DNA of 56,861 nt, from assembly GCA_050952645.1 (NCBI GenBank), contig JBMNLI010000004.1, positions 1 to 56,861 on the forward strand. The letters run 5' to 3'. Under the pieces are notes generated by a model that saw nothing but the letters and a program-made list of their open reading frames with translations, was not told where the DNA came from and ran no database searches. This document shows positions 1-10,699 of the stretch, piece after piece. The position numbers were made by a program, and so were the translations under genes. Positions within the stretch are counted from its first letter, which is position 1. Each line of letters begins with the position of its first letter. This DNA is from Bdellovibrionota bacterium. Its GTDB lineage: Bacteria > Bdellovibrionota_C > UBA2361 > CAKMMH01.

Positions 1-474
1 TATGTGTAATTTTAAATTTTCTATTTCATCTTCTAGCCTATTTTTATGCACGTAGCACCATCTGTAAAATAAATTCTCCCCAGATATAGGGAACACAGAG
101 TCGTAAGAAAACTTTAATAAGTTTGATAGAGACTCGGAGGTTAGCCATTCAAGAGGAGAAACGTTAAAGCTTTCATCGATATTAATTTTATGTAAAACGA
201 GACTTAAAATCTCCTTGTCTGAATTACTCATTTTTTCGATATCATCGATTAGGGATTCTTTAGTAGGGGCAATTTTTTTCTTATTTAATAAAAAATTTTC
301 TTTGTTTTTATTATTATTATTTTTATGAGTTTTTTTATCTATGATTTCAGATTTTACTACATTTAAAGCCGTAGTAAAAACGCTCGATATAACATTTCTA
401 GTTTTGTTATCATAGGGAAGTCCGAGTGATAATAAAAGATTTTTAAAATTGTTTTTATTTAAAACCCTTGCCAT
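1..474 (-). CDS. hypothetical protein, 3'-truncated by window edge
   Basis: ATG at 474-472 opens a stop-free frame (MARVLNKNNFKNLLLSLGLPYD...) running off position 1; absent from ORF track. Confidence 0.6.
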   Translation of the reverse strand, partial: MARVLNKNNFKNLLLSLGLPYDNKTRNVISSVFTTALNVVKSEIIDKKTHKNNNNKNKENFLLNKKKIAPTKESLIDDIEKMSNSDKEILSLVLHKINIDESFNVSPLEWLTSESLSNLLKFSYDSVFPISGENLFYRWCYVHKNRLEDEIENLKLHI

Positions 475-910
475 TGTAAGTAGCTTATCAATAAATTTAG
501 GTGGTCTGCTTCAAAATTAAATCGATTGCTTTTGTAAGTAGTTGATTATTATATAAAAAATGTTTTGTTTTTTTAGCTTCGCAACTACTCTTATTCGTTT
601 TATAGCTATTGTGATATTTTATGGCATTACTACTAGACTTTAAAAAATTTAGGCTAAAAAGTTAGCTAGCAAAGTAAACCTTTTGCCGCAAGCGACCTTT
701 AATTTTACGTATTTCACTTAAGTCTATTTCGAGTCTATTTCGTATTAAATTTTGTGAGAAAGCTCTATATAAATTACTTTATTTATGGTAAAATAATCAT
801 GTGCCATTTGGCATACTCCTTTTTATAATAATTAAATAATTTTGTAGAGTATATCACAGTGACACTTTTTAAAAACAAAAAGTGTCTAGTTTAATTTGGC
901 AATCCGCTTT

Positions 911-1845
911 ATGTATGAAAACTTAAGAATTTTTACAGGCAGTGCTAGCGTTTCCTTTTGTGATAAGGTTTGCAAAATTTTAGGAATTAAAAGATCTGAT
1001 ATAGAACATATTAGGTTTGATGATGGAGAGTGTTCAGTTAGGATTTTAGACTCGATTCGTAGTAAAGACGTCTATTTAATACAAAGTTTAGCGGCTCCTG
1101 TAAATGATAATTTAATGGAGATGCTTATAATAATCGATGCGCTAAAAGGGCGTCTGCAAATCGTATTTCAGTTATTATCCCTTATCTTGCTTATGCTAGA
1201 CAAGATAAGAGCGAAGTAGGGAGGGAGCCTATAAGTGCAAAGCTAGTAGCAAATCTTATCTCGACTGCTGGAGCTAATAGGGTGCTTACCATAGAACCTC
1301 ATACGCCTCAATTAACGGCTTTTTTCGATATTCACGTAGACGGACTTTCTGGGGCTAAAGTTTTTGTAGATTATGCTAATAAAAGCGTTGATCTTAGTAA
1401 TGCTATAATAGTTTCTCCAGATATTGGAGGAGTGGAAAGAGCAAGATTTTATTCGATGCGTTTAGGAAAATTACCAATAGCGGTGATAAACAAAAAGCGA
1501 GATAAGCCGAATTTCGTTTCTGAGATGTTTTTAGTAGGTGATGTAAGAGGGAAACACGCTATAATAATAGATGATATAGTAGACACTGGGAGGACTCTTA
1601 TAAAGGCTAGCGATCTGCTTTTATCACAAGGGGCGTTAGATGTTAGTGCATTCGTAGCACACCCAATTTTATCGCTAGATGCTTGTGAGCGTATAGAAAA
1701 ATCGAGTTTAAAAAAGCTATTAGTTACCGATAGCTTATCTCGCAATAATCTTACTAGTAAAATAGATGTCATTTCAATTTCTAAACTAATAGCAGATGCG
1801 ATAGAGAGATTGCATCTAGAAAAATCGTTAAGTAATTTATATTAA
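911..1845 (+). pseudogene. prs: ribose-phosphate pyrophosphokinase with one apparent frameshift (probably intact gene with assembly indel)
   Basis: N-half FDDGE..VRI, NDNLMEMLIIIDALK; adding one A at 1144-1147 restores RASANRISVIIPYLAYARQDK..REPISAKLVA and joins the C-half with VSPDIGGVERA and IIIDDIVDTGRT. Confidence 0.92.
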
Positions 1846-2263
1846 AAGGTTTCTAATATTTAATATAAATGATTTTTTCATAAGTATCTTCTTTTAATTT
1901 TTTAAGATTTATCTATAATTTATCTATGATTTATTTATGATTTATTTATGATTTTAGAAGCATACTAAGGCTATACTAAGATTAGTTTTAGTATTGTAAA
2001 ATATTTTTTTACTAAATTAAAATTAATGTTTACAATCGAAATTTATCGTTTATATTCTTTAAAAATATATTCTTTGAAAGTATGCTCTTTATAAGTATAT
2101 TGCTTGAAGCAAAAACTTAATCGCATTAAGTAAAAGATAACTATTAAAGATATAATTACAAAGATATAATTAAAAAAAGCTTCTAGTCTGTTTATTTAAA
2201 ATGGATTAGTCGTAAATTTAAATTCCCCCATTTACTATGGAAGGGTAGAAAGGGTTTTTTGCT

Positions 2264-3376
2264 ATGGAGAGCATGAATAAGATTTCGCTAATTTTAGCGA
2301 TTATTTTATATGTTGTTCCTAATGCAGGTTGCAATACAGTTCCAAAGTTCTCACATGGACTAAGTGAAGCTGGTGCTAGAGAGGAAACTATAGTTTTAGC
2401 GCAAAGCGAAAAGGTTAGCTTGCAAGATACTTCTAAACAAGGTGCTTCTAAACAAGATGCTTCTAAAGCGGAAGCTAAAGCTAGTGCATCGCCTAGTGTG
2501 CAGAGTGTATCGCCAAGTGCATCGCCAAGTATATCGCAGTCTAGTATATCGCAAAGCGAAAAGGTTAGCTTGCAAGATACTTCTAAACAAGGTGCTTCTA
2601 AAGCGGAAGCTAAGGCTAGTGCATCGCCTAGTGTGCAGAGTGTATCGCCAAGTGCATCGCCAAGTATATCGCAGCCTAGTGCATCGCAGGGCGTATCGCA
2701 GAGCGAAAAGGCTAGCTTGCAAGATACTTCTAAACAAGATGCTTCTAAAGCGAAGGCTAAGGCTAATACTAAGGCGCCCATAGAAAGTAGCAAAAAAGCT
2801 AGTAACGAAAAGGGCGCTCAAAGTGGTGCTACTCAAGGTGGCATCAGTGGTGGTGCTACTAAGGATGATAATTCTCAAAGTAGCGCTCCGCTAAGAACTG
2901 CTCCTAAGGTTTCTAACGAGAATCCTTTTAGCGGGCAATTTTCCACTGAGGAGCCTAAGCACAAGCCTAAGCCTAAGAAGCCAAAGGACGTATATTTTAA
3001 AGATGATATTACGTCCGAAGGAAATGCAAGGTGGTTTATTAGGCCTAAGACACCTAGCGATTCGCTAGGTTCTAAAGAAACGTCTGAATACTATGTTCAG
3101 CCTATACCAACGGATGCTACGCTTGAAGATAACAATTCTGCTTCCGCTAAAAAGACTGTTGCTAGTAATAAAGCTTCCACTACAAAAAATATACAAAATG
3201 TAAGTGGAAATGTAGTGACTCGCACGTTTTATAAGTTAGCATCAAAGCATATGAATGCGGATAACGATGCTGAAAGCTTTGCAAGATTTAGCACCGTTTT
3301 GGTCTACGTTCTTACTTCGCTCGTAGCCGTTTGGTCAGTTGGCGCTCTGTATTACAGGTTCTTTAAAAAGGATTAG
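2264..3376 (+). CDS. exported Ser/Ala/Gln/Lys-rich repeat protein with C-terminal membrane anchor
   Basis: N-terminal hydrophobic signal (possible lipobox NAGC), low-complexity repeats, C-terminal TM helix followed by RFFKKD. Confidence 0.75.
   Translation: MESMNKISLILAIILYVVPNAGCNTVPKFSHGLSEAGAREETIVLAQSEKVSLQDTSKQGASKQDASKAEAKASASPSVQSVSPSASPSISQSSISQSEKVSLQDTSKQGASKAEAKASASPSVQSVSPSASPSISQPSASQGVSQSEKASLQDTSKQDASKAKAKANTKAPIESSKKASNEKGAQSGATQGGISGGATKDDNSQSSAPLRTAPKVSNENPFSGQFSTEEPKHKPKPKKPKDVYFKDDITSEGNARWFIRPKTPSDSLGSKETSEYYVQPIPTDATLEDNNSASAKKTVASNKASTTKNIQNVSGNVVTRTFYKLASKHMNADNDAESFARFSTVLVYVLTSLVAVWSVGALYYRFFKKD
2401..2760 (+). repeat. about 150-bp tandem repeat (3 copies, last partial) inside CDS
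   Basis: gcaaagcgaaaaggttagcttgcaagatacttctaaacaag recurs at about 2401, 2551 and 2698. Confidence 0.9.
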
Positions 3377-3545
3377 TATTTATCGCTTTATAGTAGTTTT
3401 TACCATGTAGCGGTTTTTGCTAGTCTTTTTATTAGATGAGCGTATTTATTAGTTGTGCGTAGTTTGGTAAATTTTTATCGGCTACGCATTTTTTTTTATT
3501 TCACGTTTAAAGTGGATTAGAAAAAATTTTCTTTTGTGCTTCCTA

Positions 3546-3674
3546 ATAACCTACTCAAAATAATTTAAGAAAAGTTAAGAAACACTCACAGGAATTGTTA
3601 AAATAGCTGACGTAAATATGGGAGCACTGTAAAATACGTAGCACTCTCTTTAAGAAACGACAAATAACAAGTCT
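3546..3674. mobile_element. MITE-like family 1, internal fragment
   Basis: aligns with 19316-19420 (ataacctactcaaaataattt...ctttaagaaacgacaaata). Confidence 0.6.
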
Positions 3675-3713
3675 TTAAGCTTAAATATGAGAGGGTTTCG
3701 GGGGGGGGGATTA

Positions 3714-5369
3714 TTAACTATCGCTAAAATCTACAAGCTTATGGTTAGGATTTTTTTCTAGTGCGTATTCCTTTTGCCAACTTTCAGTATATAAGAAAAT
3801 GTAATTTTTATTGATATCGTAAGCTATAATAGAGTTAGTCGGTAAAGAAAAAGTGCTAGGGTCTCCTTTAAGCCAAGCTCCATGTTTATATTGAAGTATA
3901 TCGATATCAGTTTTTACATTATACTCATTTAAAAAACGACTTTGCAAAACCTCAAATTGCAATATCCCCACTGCTGCTATTAGTGGGTCGTTTGAAATGC
4001 TACTATCAAATGTAGTTAAAATTAGCACGGCGCCCTCTGCTGTAAATTGTTTTATGCCTTTTTCAAAAGCTTTTCTTTTCATTGCATCTTTTGCTCTAAT
4101 TCTAGCAACGATTTCAGGAGGAAATTTTGGCATCGGTTTAAATGTAAAATTTCCATTTATAGAAATAGTATCTCCTATTGAAAACACTCCTGGGTTTACT
4201 ACTCCTATAATATCTCCTGGGTATGCGTAATCTAGGGTAGCTCTATCACGCCCAAACATATTGTGAGATCTAGAAAGCTTTAGCTCTCTTTTTAATCTCG
4301 AGTGTTTTACTACCATGTCTCGCTCGAATCTTCCTGAGTTTACTCGCAAGAAAGCCATGCTATCTCTATGTTTAGGATCCATATTGGCTTGTATCTTAAA
4401 TACATTTCCACTAAATGGCTCATTTATGGGGTCTATAAATATTTCTTCGTTTTTTATATTAAGAGCCTCTCTTGCTCTAGGAGATGGGGCGAGTGTTAAA
4501 AAATGATCGAAAAAGAACTCTACTCCAAAGTTTGTTAAGGCAGAGCCAAAAAATACTGGTGTTATTTTGCCTTTTAAAAAATTGTCTTTCGTAAAAGGTT
4601 CTCCTGCAACTTTTACTAGTTCTATTTCCTCTAATGCATTATTTTTTAGTTCGGTATCGTTTAAAATATTTTTAAAGTAAGTTTCTGCATCAAATATAGT
4701 TTCGTTAGCTTTTTTAGCACTCCCCCCTTCTATGGATTTTTCATAAATATACACCTTATCTTTTTCTAAATGGTAAACGCCTTTAAAGTTTTTTCCTTTT
4801 CCAATAGGCCAGTTGATGGGGGTAGTTTTTATCCCTAAAACCTCTTCAATTTCGCTTAGAAGTTCAAGAGAGCATTTTGCAGGTAAGTCCATTTTATTTA
4901 TAAAAGTTAAAATTGGAATATTTCGCATCATACAAACTTTAAATAATTTTCTAGTTTGTGTTTCAACTCCTTTCGATGCATCGATTACCATTACTGCACT
5001 ATCTGCTGCTGTAAGAGTTCTGTAAGTGTCTTCTGAGAAATCTTGGTGTCCAGGGGTATCTAGCACGTTTATTATATGGCTTTTATAATTAAATTGCATC
5101 GCAGAGGCAGTTATCGAGATGCCTCTTTCTTGCTCCATTTCCATCCAATCCGAGGAAGCTTTTTTTTGATTTTTTCTTCCATGCACCATTCCAGCAGTTC
5201 TTATCATTCCTGCGTAGAGTAAAAGTTTTTCTGTAAGAGTAGTTTTACCAGCATCAGGATGGCTTATTATTGCAAACGTGCGTCTTTTTTCTATTTCTTT
5301 TTTTATTTCTGTTTTTATTTCTGTTTTTATTGCGGGTTTTATTTGTGGTTCTAAAATATTTTTTTCCAT
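3714..5369 (-). CDS. prfC: peptide chain release factor 3
   Basis: RRTFAIISHPDAGKTTLTEKLL, SDWMEME.ERGISI, DTPGHQDFSEDTYRTL, FKIQANMDPKHRD; ATG at 5369 preferred. Confidence 0.97.
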   Translation of the reverse strand: MEKNILEPQIKPAIKTEIKTEIKKEIEKRRTFAIISHPDAGKTTLTEKLLLYAGMIRTAGMVHGRKNQKKASSDWMEMEQERGISITASAMQFNYKSHIINVLDTPGHQDFSEDTYRTLTAADSAVMVIDASKGVETQTRKLFKVCMMRNIPILTFINKMDLPAKCSLELLSEIEEVLGIKTTPINWPIGKGKNFKGVYHLEKDKVYIYEKSIEGGSAKKANETIFDAETYFKNILNDTELKNNALEEIELVKVAGEPFTKDNFLKGKITPVFFGSALTNFGVEFFFDHFLTLAPSPRAREALNIKNEEIFIDPINEPFSGNVFKIQANMDPKHRDSMAFLRVNSGRFERDMVVKHSRLKRELKLSRSHNMFGRDRATLDYAYPGDIIGVVNPGVFSIGDTISINGNFTFKPMPKFPPEIVARIRAKDAMKRKAFEKGIKQFTAEGAVLILTTFDSSISNDPLIAAVGILQFEVLQSRFLNEYNVKTDIDILQYKHGAWLKGDPSTFSLPTNSIIAYDINKNYIFLYTESWQKEYALEKNPNHKLVDFSDS

Positions 5370-5504
5370 AAATAAATATTTTAGCTTCAAATGCTAATGT
5401 AAAACAAGAGATAAGACGTTATAATCAAAAAATTTAAGTCTTTATACTTCATTTTAATCATGTAAACTGTTTAAGTTAAAAGTTTTTTTAAGGATTTAAT
5501 TTAT

Positions 5505-6821
5505 ATGAGTGATAAAATATTCGTTATCGACACTTCAGTAATTTTACATGACCACAATGTTATTACACACTTTAAAGATCAATACGTAGCCATTCCCATA
5601 GCGGTGTTAGAAGAGCTAGATAATTTTAAAAAAGGCAATGATACTAAAAGTTATTCGGCAAGAGAATTTATTCGTTTTATAGATAAGATTTCTGAAGCTT
5701 CAATGCTTCAAAATTGGGTGCCTATTGGTAAAGATTGTAAAGGTTTTTTTAAAGTAGTTTACCCTAGAGTTAAAAAAGTTAATGCAGAAATAGTTTTTGA
5801 TGATGATAAAAATGATCATAAGATTTTAAACGCTGCTTTAACTCTCCAAGAATCTGAGAACAAGAAAGTGGTTTTAATAACTAAAGATATCGCATTAAGG
5901 GTAAAGGCTCGTGCTTTAGATATTACGGCAGAGGATTATGAACAAGGAAAAATTAAAGATGTAGAAATGCTTGATACTGGAAAAAACATTGTAGAGCTAG
6001 ATGAACCTACACTTATAGAAAAGATTTTTGAAGATGGATATCTAGAAGAAAAGGATATCACTTTTAGACCATTAGAGGTTAATAATTTTTATATATTAAA
6101 ATACGGTAAACAGTCTGCACTAACTTTTTACAATTGTAATAAAAGGATATTAGAAAAAGTTCTTAAAAAAGCAGTTTATAGAATTGAACCTAGAAATGCA
6201 GAGCAAATATTTGCAATAGATGCTCTTTTAAGACCAGATATTCCACTAGTAGCCCTGCAAGGTGTTGCTGGAACTGGGAAAACGCTTTTAGCTCTAGCTA
6301 GTGCATTAGAACAAAGAAGAGACTTTAAGCAAGTTTTTGTAGCTCGCCCGGTGGTGCCGCTAGGAAATAAGGATATGGGATTTTTGCCAGGAGATATTAA
6401 ATCGAAAATTACGCCATACATGGAACCGCTTTGGGATAATTTAAGATATATTAAATCTCAATTTAGTGATAGTTCTAAAGAAAGTAGTAAGATTGATGAA
6501 CTTATAAGAACTGAAAAAATAGAGATAGCCCCTCTATCTTATATAAGAGGGCGAAGCCTTTCAAACGTAATTTTTATAGTCGATGAGGCACAAAATTTAA
6601 CGCCTCACGAAGTAAAAACTATCATTACTCGTGCTGGGGATAATACTAAAATAATTTTTACTGGTGACATCCATCAAATCGATACACCTTACTTAGATGC
6701 TCTTAGTAATGGTCTATCTTTCTTAATCGATAGACTTAGAGGAAATAGGCTCTTTGCACATATTAAGCTAGAAAAAGGCGAGCGTTCGGAGCTAGCTAAT
6801 TTAGCAAATGAGTTATTATAA
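5505..6821 (+). CDS. PIN-domain PhoH-like ATPase (PhoH2/YlaK type)
   Basis: N-terminal PIN (VIDTSVILHD, EELD, NDHKIL, TKDIALRVKA); Walker A GVAGTGKT; YIRGRS; IVDEAQN; GDIHQID. Confidence 0.93.
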   Translation: MSDKIFVIDTSVILHDHNVITHFKDQYVAIPIAVLEELDNFKKGNDTKSYSAREFIRFIDKISEASMLQNWVPIGKDCKGFFKVVYPRVKKVNAEIVFDDDKNDHKILNAALTLQESENKKVVLITKDIALRVKARALDITAEDYEQGKIKDVEMLDTGKNIVELDEPTLIEKIFEDGYLEEKDITFRPLEVNNFYILKYGKQSALTFYNCNKRILEKVLKKAVYRIEPRNAEQIFAIDALLRPDIPLVALQGVAGTGKTLLALASALEQRRDFKQVFVARPVVPLGNKDMGFLPGDIKSKITPYMEPLWDNLRYIKSQFSDSSKESSKIDELIRTEKIEIAPLSYIRGRSLSNVIFIVDEAQNLTPHEVKTIITRAGDNTKIIFTGDIHQIDTPYLDALSNGLSFLIDRLRGNRLFAHIKLEKGERSELANLANELL

Positions 6822-6840
6822 ATAAAACTAAAAATTTTTA

Positions 6841-6880
6841 GTTCTTTCACGTTTTAGGTGGGTTAGAAAATAGTTTTTTT
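6841..6880 (+). repeat. dispersed repeat family 2 (REP/MITE end-like)
   Basis: GTTCTTTCACGTTTTAGGTGGGTTAGAAAATAGTTTTTTT; similar to 3498-3528, 19021-19048 and reverse complement of 19201-19239. Confidence 0.6.
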
Positions 6881-7267
6881 AGGTCTTTGTGGGGGTAGTA
6901 ATGTTAATTTTAAAGATCTTAAACTATCTTTAAGCGTCAAAAAACTAAATTTTTTTCACTAGAATGACTTTTCTTATTTTACGTAAATACCTTGTTAAGA
7001 TAGCAAAAGAAATGTAGCTTTGATCTTTGTAAAGAAGCTCTTTGCAAATATTTTGTAAAGGTCTAGCATTTACTATTCGTTAAAGTTCTTGTGTAATAAA
7101 AAATAAAATAATTAAAACTTTTTTATAACGTATAAGCTTTATATTAGATATTAAATTTATTTTAATTATATAAAATTTTAATTACGTAAAAAAAATAAAA
7201 ATTTATTTAAACAAGAATTCTATGAGTTCTATTTTTGGTTTTGTTTTTTTAGGAAAGAAAAAAATAT

Positions 7268-9358
7268 ATGGAAAATAAAGAAATAAATCAAGTGGCAAAT
7301 AAAGAGATAACTAATGAAAAAATAGCAAATAAAGAAGTGGCAAATAAGGGAAAAAAGAGTAAGGAAATAAAAAACAGGGAAATAATACTAGAGCGTTTAA
7401 AAAGATTAAATGAAAAGAGAGCAAAAGAGGTTGCGATAGAAGAACAAGAGTTAGATGTTTTTTATAAAAAACACGTTTCATTTACTAATTATTTTAAAGA
7501 AAAAATAAAAGAGTATAGAGAGTTAAATGCCGTTTTAGATGAGTATACGAACGTATCTTTAACTTATGAAGAGTTAGAAAACGAGATTTCAGGTGTAGCG
7601 TCTTGCTTACAATCTTTAGGTGTAAAGAAGGGAGATTTCGTAGCACTATTTTCGGAAAGCAACGGAAGATGGGTAGTAATGGACCAAGCTCTTACGAGAA
7701 ATGGTGCTATAAGCACGCTTAGAGGAACTGCTGCTCCTATCGAAGAGTTAGAATATATTTTAGAGCATAGTGAATGCGTTGGAGTTATCCTACAAAACAA
7801 GGCGTTATACGATAAGTTAAAAGACGTTCTTTCTAAATTTGATCTTAAATTTATTATCTTAATGTTTGATAATGCTAACGATAATGATAATAAAATTTTA
7901 ATGTCTTACAACGATGTTATTACTAAAGGAAAAGATTGCGATTTTGTAGCTCCTATAATAAACACCGACGATGAATATTCCATGTCTTACACATCGGGGA
8001 CTACGGGGAATCCAAAAGGAGTGCTTATAACTCACAAGAATATGCTCTCTCAAGTATATTCTCTTAAAGATTGGATACAGGTAGAGCCAGGGGAAAAGTC
8101 GTTAGAAATTTTACCCGTTTGGCATGCTTATGAAAGAACGATATTTTATGCTTGGCTTTTAGGTGGAGCTCACGTTCATTTTACTAATTTATCAAACTTG
8201 AAAAAAGATTTAGTAAAGTACCAAGTAGACTTAATTTGTTCAGTTCCGAGAATTTGGGAAAATATCAGAATCGGTATTTTCCAAAAATTAAAACAAAGTT
8301 CAAAGTGGAGATATTACTTTTTTGATATAGGTGTAAAGTTAAGTATTAAGTATCAAATACACAGAATGTATAGTGAGCGAAGACTTACTAATAAAAGCAC
8401 TAAATATAAGCTACGTTCTAGAATATATCACAAGATAGCTAGAGCTTTTATAAAGCCTTTTCATATGCTTGCTAGAAAATATTTATATGAAGATGTTAGA
8501 AAGGATTTTGGTTTAAATTTAAGGCTATCTATTTCAGGTGGTGGCTCGCTTGCTATAAAGGATCAGTTTTTCTATGATGCAATAGGTGTAAATTTAAGAG
8601 AGGGATATGGTTTAACTGAAACCTCACCAGTTATAACTATGAGAAAAATCACTGAGCCTAACTATTTAGGAAGTGCCGGGAAGCCTTTAAAAGGAACGAA
8701 GATAAAAATTGTAGACCTTGATACTTTTGAATATATTGGAATGTATAAAAAGGGGCTAGTTCTAATAAAGGGGCCGCAAGTGATGAAAGAGTATTATAAG
8801 AACAAGGAGGCTACGGATGCCGTTATAAAAGATGGCTGGTTTAACACTGGGGATTTAGGCTGGATTACTAAGGATTGTAATTTAGTGATTATAGGTAGAG
8901 AAAAAGAGACCATAGTTCTTTCTAGTGGCGAAAATGTAGAGCCAGTACCTATTGAAGCTGCATGTTTAGAAAGTATGTATATTGATCAAATAGTTTTAGT
9001 AGGGCAAGATATGAGTAGCATTGGAGCGCTCGTAGTGCCATCTGATGAGGCTTTAGAAAAGTGCGGTCTATTAGTGAATGAGATGAAATCGAGCAAAAAT
9101 ATTACGATAGAAGATGTAAAACTTAGAGATTTAATTAAGCAAGAGATAAACACTTATATAAAGAAAAAGGCTAATTTAAAACCTTTTGAAAAAATAAGGC
9201 AGTTTGAGATTTTAAAGCAAGGCTTTAATGTTGAAAATGGAATGCTTAATCAGACTTCTAAATTAAGAAGAAATGTGATTTTTGAAAAATACTCTAAGCT
9301 GATATCTAACATGTTTGCAAAAAATAAGAAAAAGAGTAAAAATAAAGGCAATGATTAA
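7268..9358 (+). CDS. long-chain fatty acyl-CoA/acyl-ACP synthetase (AMP-binding)
   Basis: YTSGTTGNPKGV, EGYGLTETSP, GWFNTGDLG, GREKETIVLSSGENVEP. Confidence 0.92.
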   Translation: MENKEINQVANKEITNEKIANKEVANKGKKSKEIKNREIILERLKRLNEKRAKEVAIEEQELDVFYKKHVSFTNYFKEKIKEYRELNAVLDEYTNVSLTYEELENEISGVASCLQSLGVKKGDFVALFSESNGRWVVMDQALTRNGAISTLRGTAAPIEELEYILEHSECVGVILQNKALYDKLKDVLSKFDLKFIILMFDNANDNDNKILMSYNDVITKGKDCDFVAPIINTDDEYSMSYTSGTTGNPKGVLITHKNMLSQVYSLKDWIQVEPGEKSLEILPVWHAYERTIFYAWLLGGAHVHFTNLSNLKKDLVKYQVDLICSVPRIWENIRIGIFQKLKQSSKWRYYFFDIGVKLSIKYQIHRMYSERRLTNKSTKYKLRSRIYHKIARAFIKPFHMLARKYLYEDVRKDFGLNLRLSISGGGSLAIKDQFFYDAIGVNLREGYGLTETSPVITMRKITEPNYLGSAGKPLKGTKIKIVDLDTFEYIGMYKKGLVLIKGPQVMKEYYKNKEATDAVIKDGWFNTGDLGWITKDCNLVIIGREKETIVLSSGENVEPVPIEAACLESMYIDQIVLVGQDMSSIGALVVPSDEALEKCGLLVNEMKSSKNITIEDVKLRDLIKQEINTYIKKKANLKPFEKIRQFEILKQGFNVENGMLNQTSKLRRNVIFEKYSKLISNMFAKNKKKSKNKGND

Positions 9359-9477
9359 ATTTGTTTTAGAGCCTATAAAAATAAGGTTAAAATAGTAAAT
9401 TAAAATTAAAAAAGTAAAAGCGAAATATAAAAAACAAAAGCAATGAAAAGAAGAAGGTTTTGAAAGGAAAACTTTTT

Positions 9478-10455
9478 ATGACACTTGAAGAAATAATAAA
9501 GGCGATAAAGCCTGCAAGAAATATTGCCGTCATTGGGCATATCTCCCCAGACCCTGATGCGATAGGGGCGGTGTGCGCTCTATCTGAATGTTTAGAAAGC
9601 ATTGGAAAGAATGTCTTTAGAATTTTTGAAGATCCTATTCCTAGCAAACTAGAGTTTATATTAAATGGAAAAGAGGTAATAGATTATTTTCCAAAGGATA
9701 AAGGCATCGATTTAATAGTTTTTTGCGATATATCGAGCACTAATCTAATAGGAAAAAAGCTTTTAGAAAGTTTCGAAAGTTTATTGGGGAGCGTGCCTAG
9801 TATTTGTATAGATCATCACGAGAGCAATGATAATTATGCTACGTTTAATTATGTAGATAAAAAAGCTGCTGCTACTTGTGAGATTATGTATGATGTTTTA
9901 AAGAAGCTAAATTTTAAAATAACTAAGAGCGCTTCTGATGCGTTATATGCAGGGCTTAGCGCCGATACGGGTTCTTTTAGATTTTCAAGTACGACTTATC
10001 ATACGCATTTAGTTGCAGCGAAGCTTTTAAAAGCAGGAGCGGCTAATTATGATATCAGCACTACTCTTTGGAGTTCAGAACCTATAAAGACTATGGAGCT
10101 TAAAAAAGTTATATTAAATAGGCTAGAGTATTTCTTTGATAATAGGCTTGCCTTGTCTTATATAACTAAAGATGACATGGAAAAGATAGGGGCTAATAAA
10201 GATTACATAAGTGGACTAGTAGGAAATATTAGAGATATTGAAGGCGTAGTGCTAGCAGTTCTTTTTTATGAAGAAGATGAAAATTGGAAGATGAGTGTTA
10301 GGTCTAAAGATGAAAAAGTTTCAACGCTTCCTATAACTACATTTTATGGAGGTGGGGGGCACTTTATGGCATCTGGTGCAAGGTTAAGCAAAGAGCTTCG
10401 AGCAGATGAAATAATTAAGGAAGTAAAGCGCATCGCTGCTTTAGAGCTGGGATAA
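9478..10455 (+). CDS. nrnA: DHH/DHHA1 bifunctional oligoribonuclease/PAP phosphatase
   Basis: HISPDPDAIG, IDHH, DTGSFRF, SVRS, GGGGHFMASG; adjacent to truB. Confidence 0.9.
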   Translation: MTLEEIIKAIKPARNIAVIGHISPDPDAIGAVCALSECLESIGKNVFRIFEDPIPSKLEFILNGKEVIDYFPKDKGIDLIVFCDISSTNLIGKKLLESFESLLGSVPSICIDHHESNDNYATFNYVDKKAAATCEIMYDVLKKLNFKITKSASDALYAGLSADTGSFRFSSTTYHTHLVAAKLLKAGAANYDISTTLWSSEPIKTMELKKVILNRLEYFFDNRLALSYITKDDMEKIGANKDYISGLVGNIRDIEGVVLAVLFYEEDENWKMSVRSKDEKVSTLPITTFYGGGGHFMASGARLSKELRADEIIKEVKRIAALELG

Positions 10456-10699
10456 AAAGTTGCTTTAATTTTCTTTATTATTTTTTCTTGTTAATATTTT
10501 GGCTGTTAGAATAAGTTTGCCTTTAGTAGTTTAGCTTTAGTTAGGGTTAGATATTAAAGGCATTTTTTTTATAGTTTTTTTATAAGATTTTTTAACTAAT
10601 GTTTTTAAATAATGTTTTTAACTAATGTTTTTAAATAATGTCTTTTATTAAGTCGGTCTTTATTAAATTAAATGTATTAAATATCAAAATTAAAAAAAT

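Noticed and set aside
896..910. Upstream TTG/GTG starts given by the ORF track (896, 5390, 9460, 38384, 39703, 44081, 46223, 46426)
   Set aside because: Downstream ATGs fit family N-termini or signal peptides better
2218..2878. Alternative-frame ORFs over the repeat protein
   Set aside because: Shadows of a stop-poor repeat; 2264-3376 has the signal peptide and TM anchor
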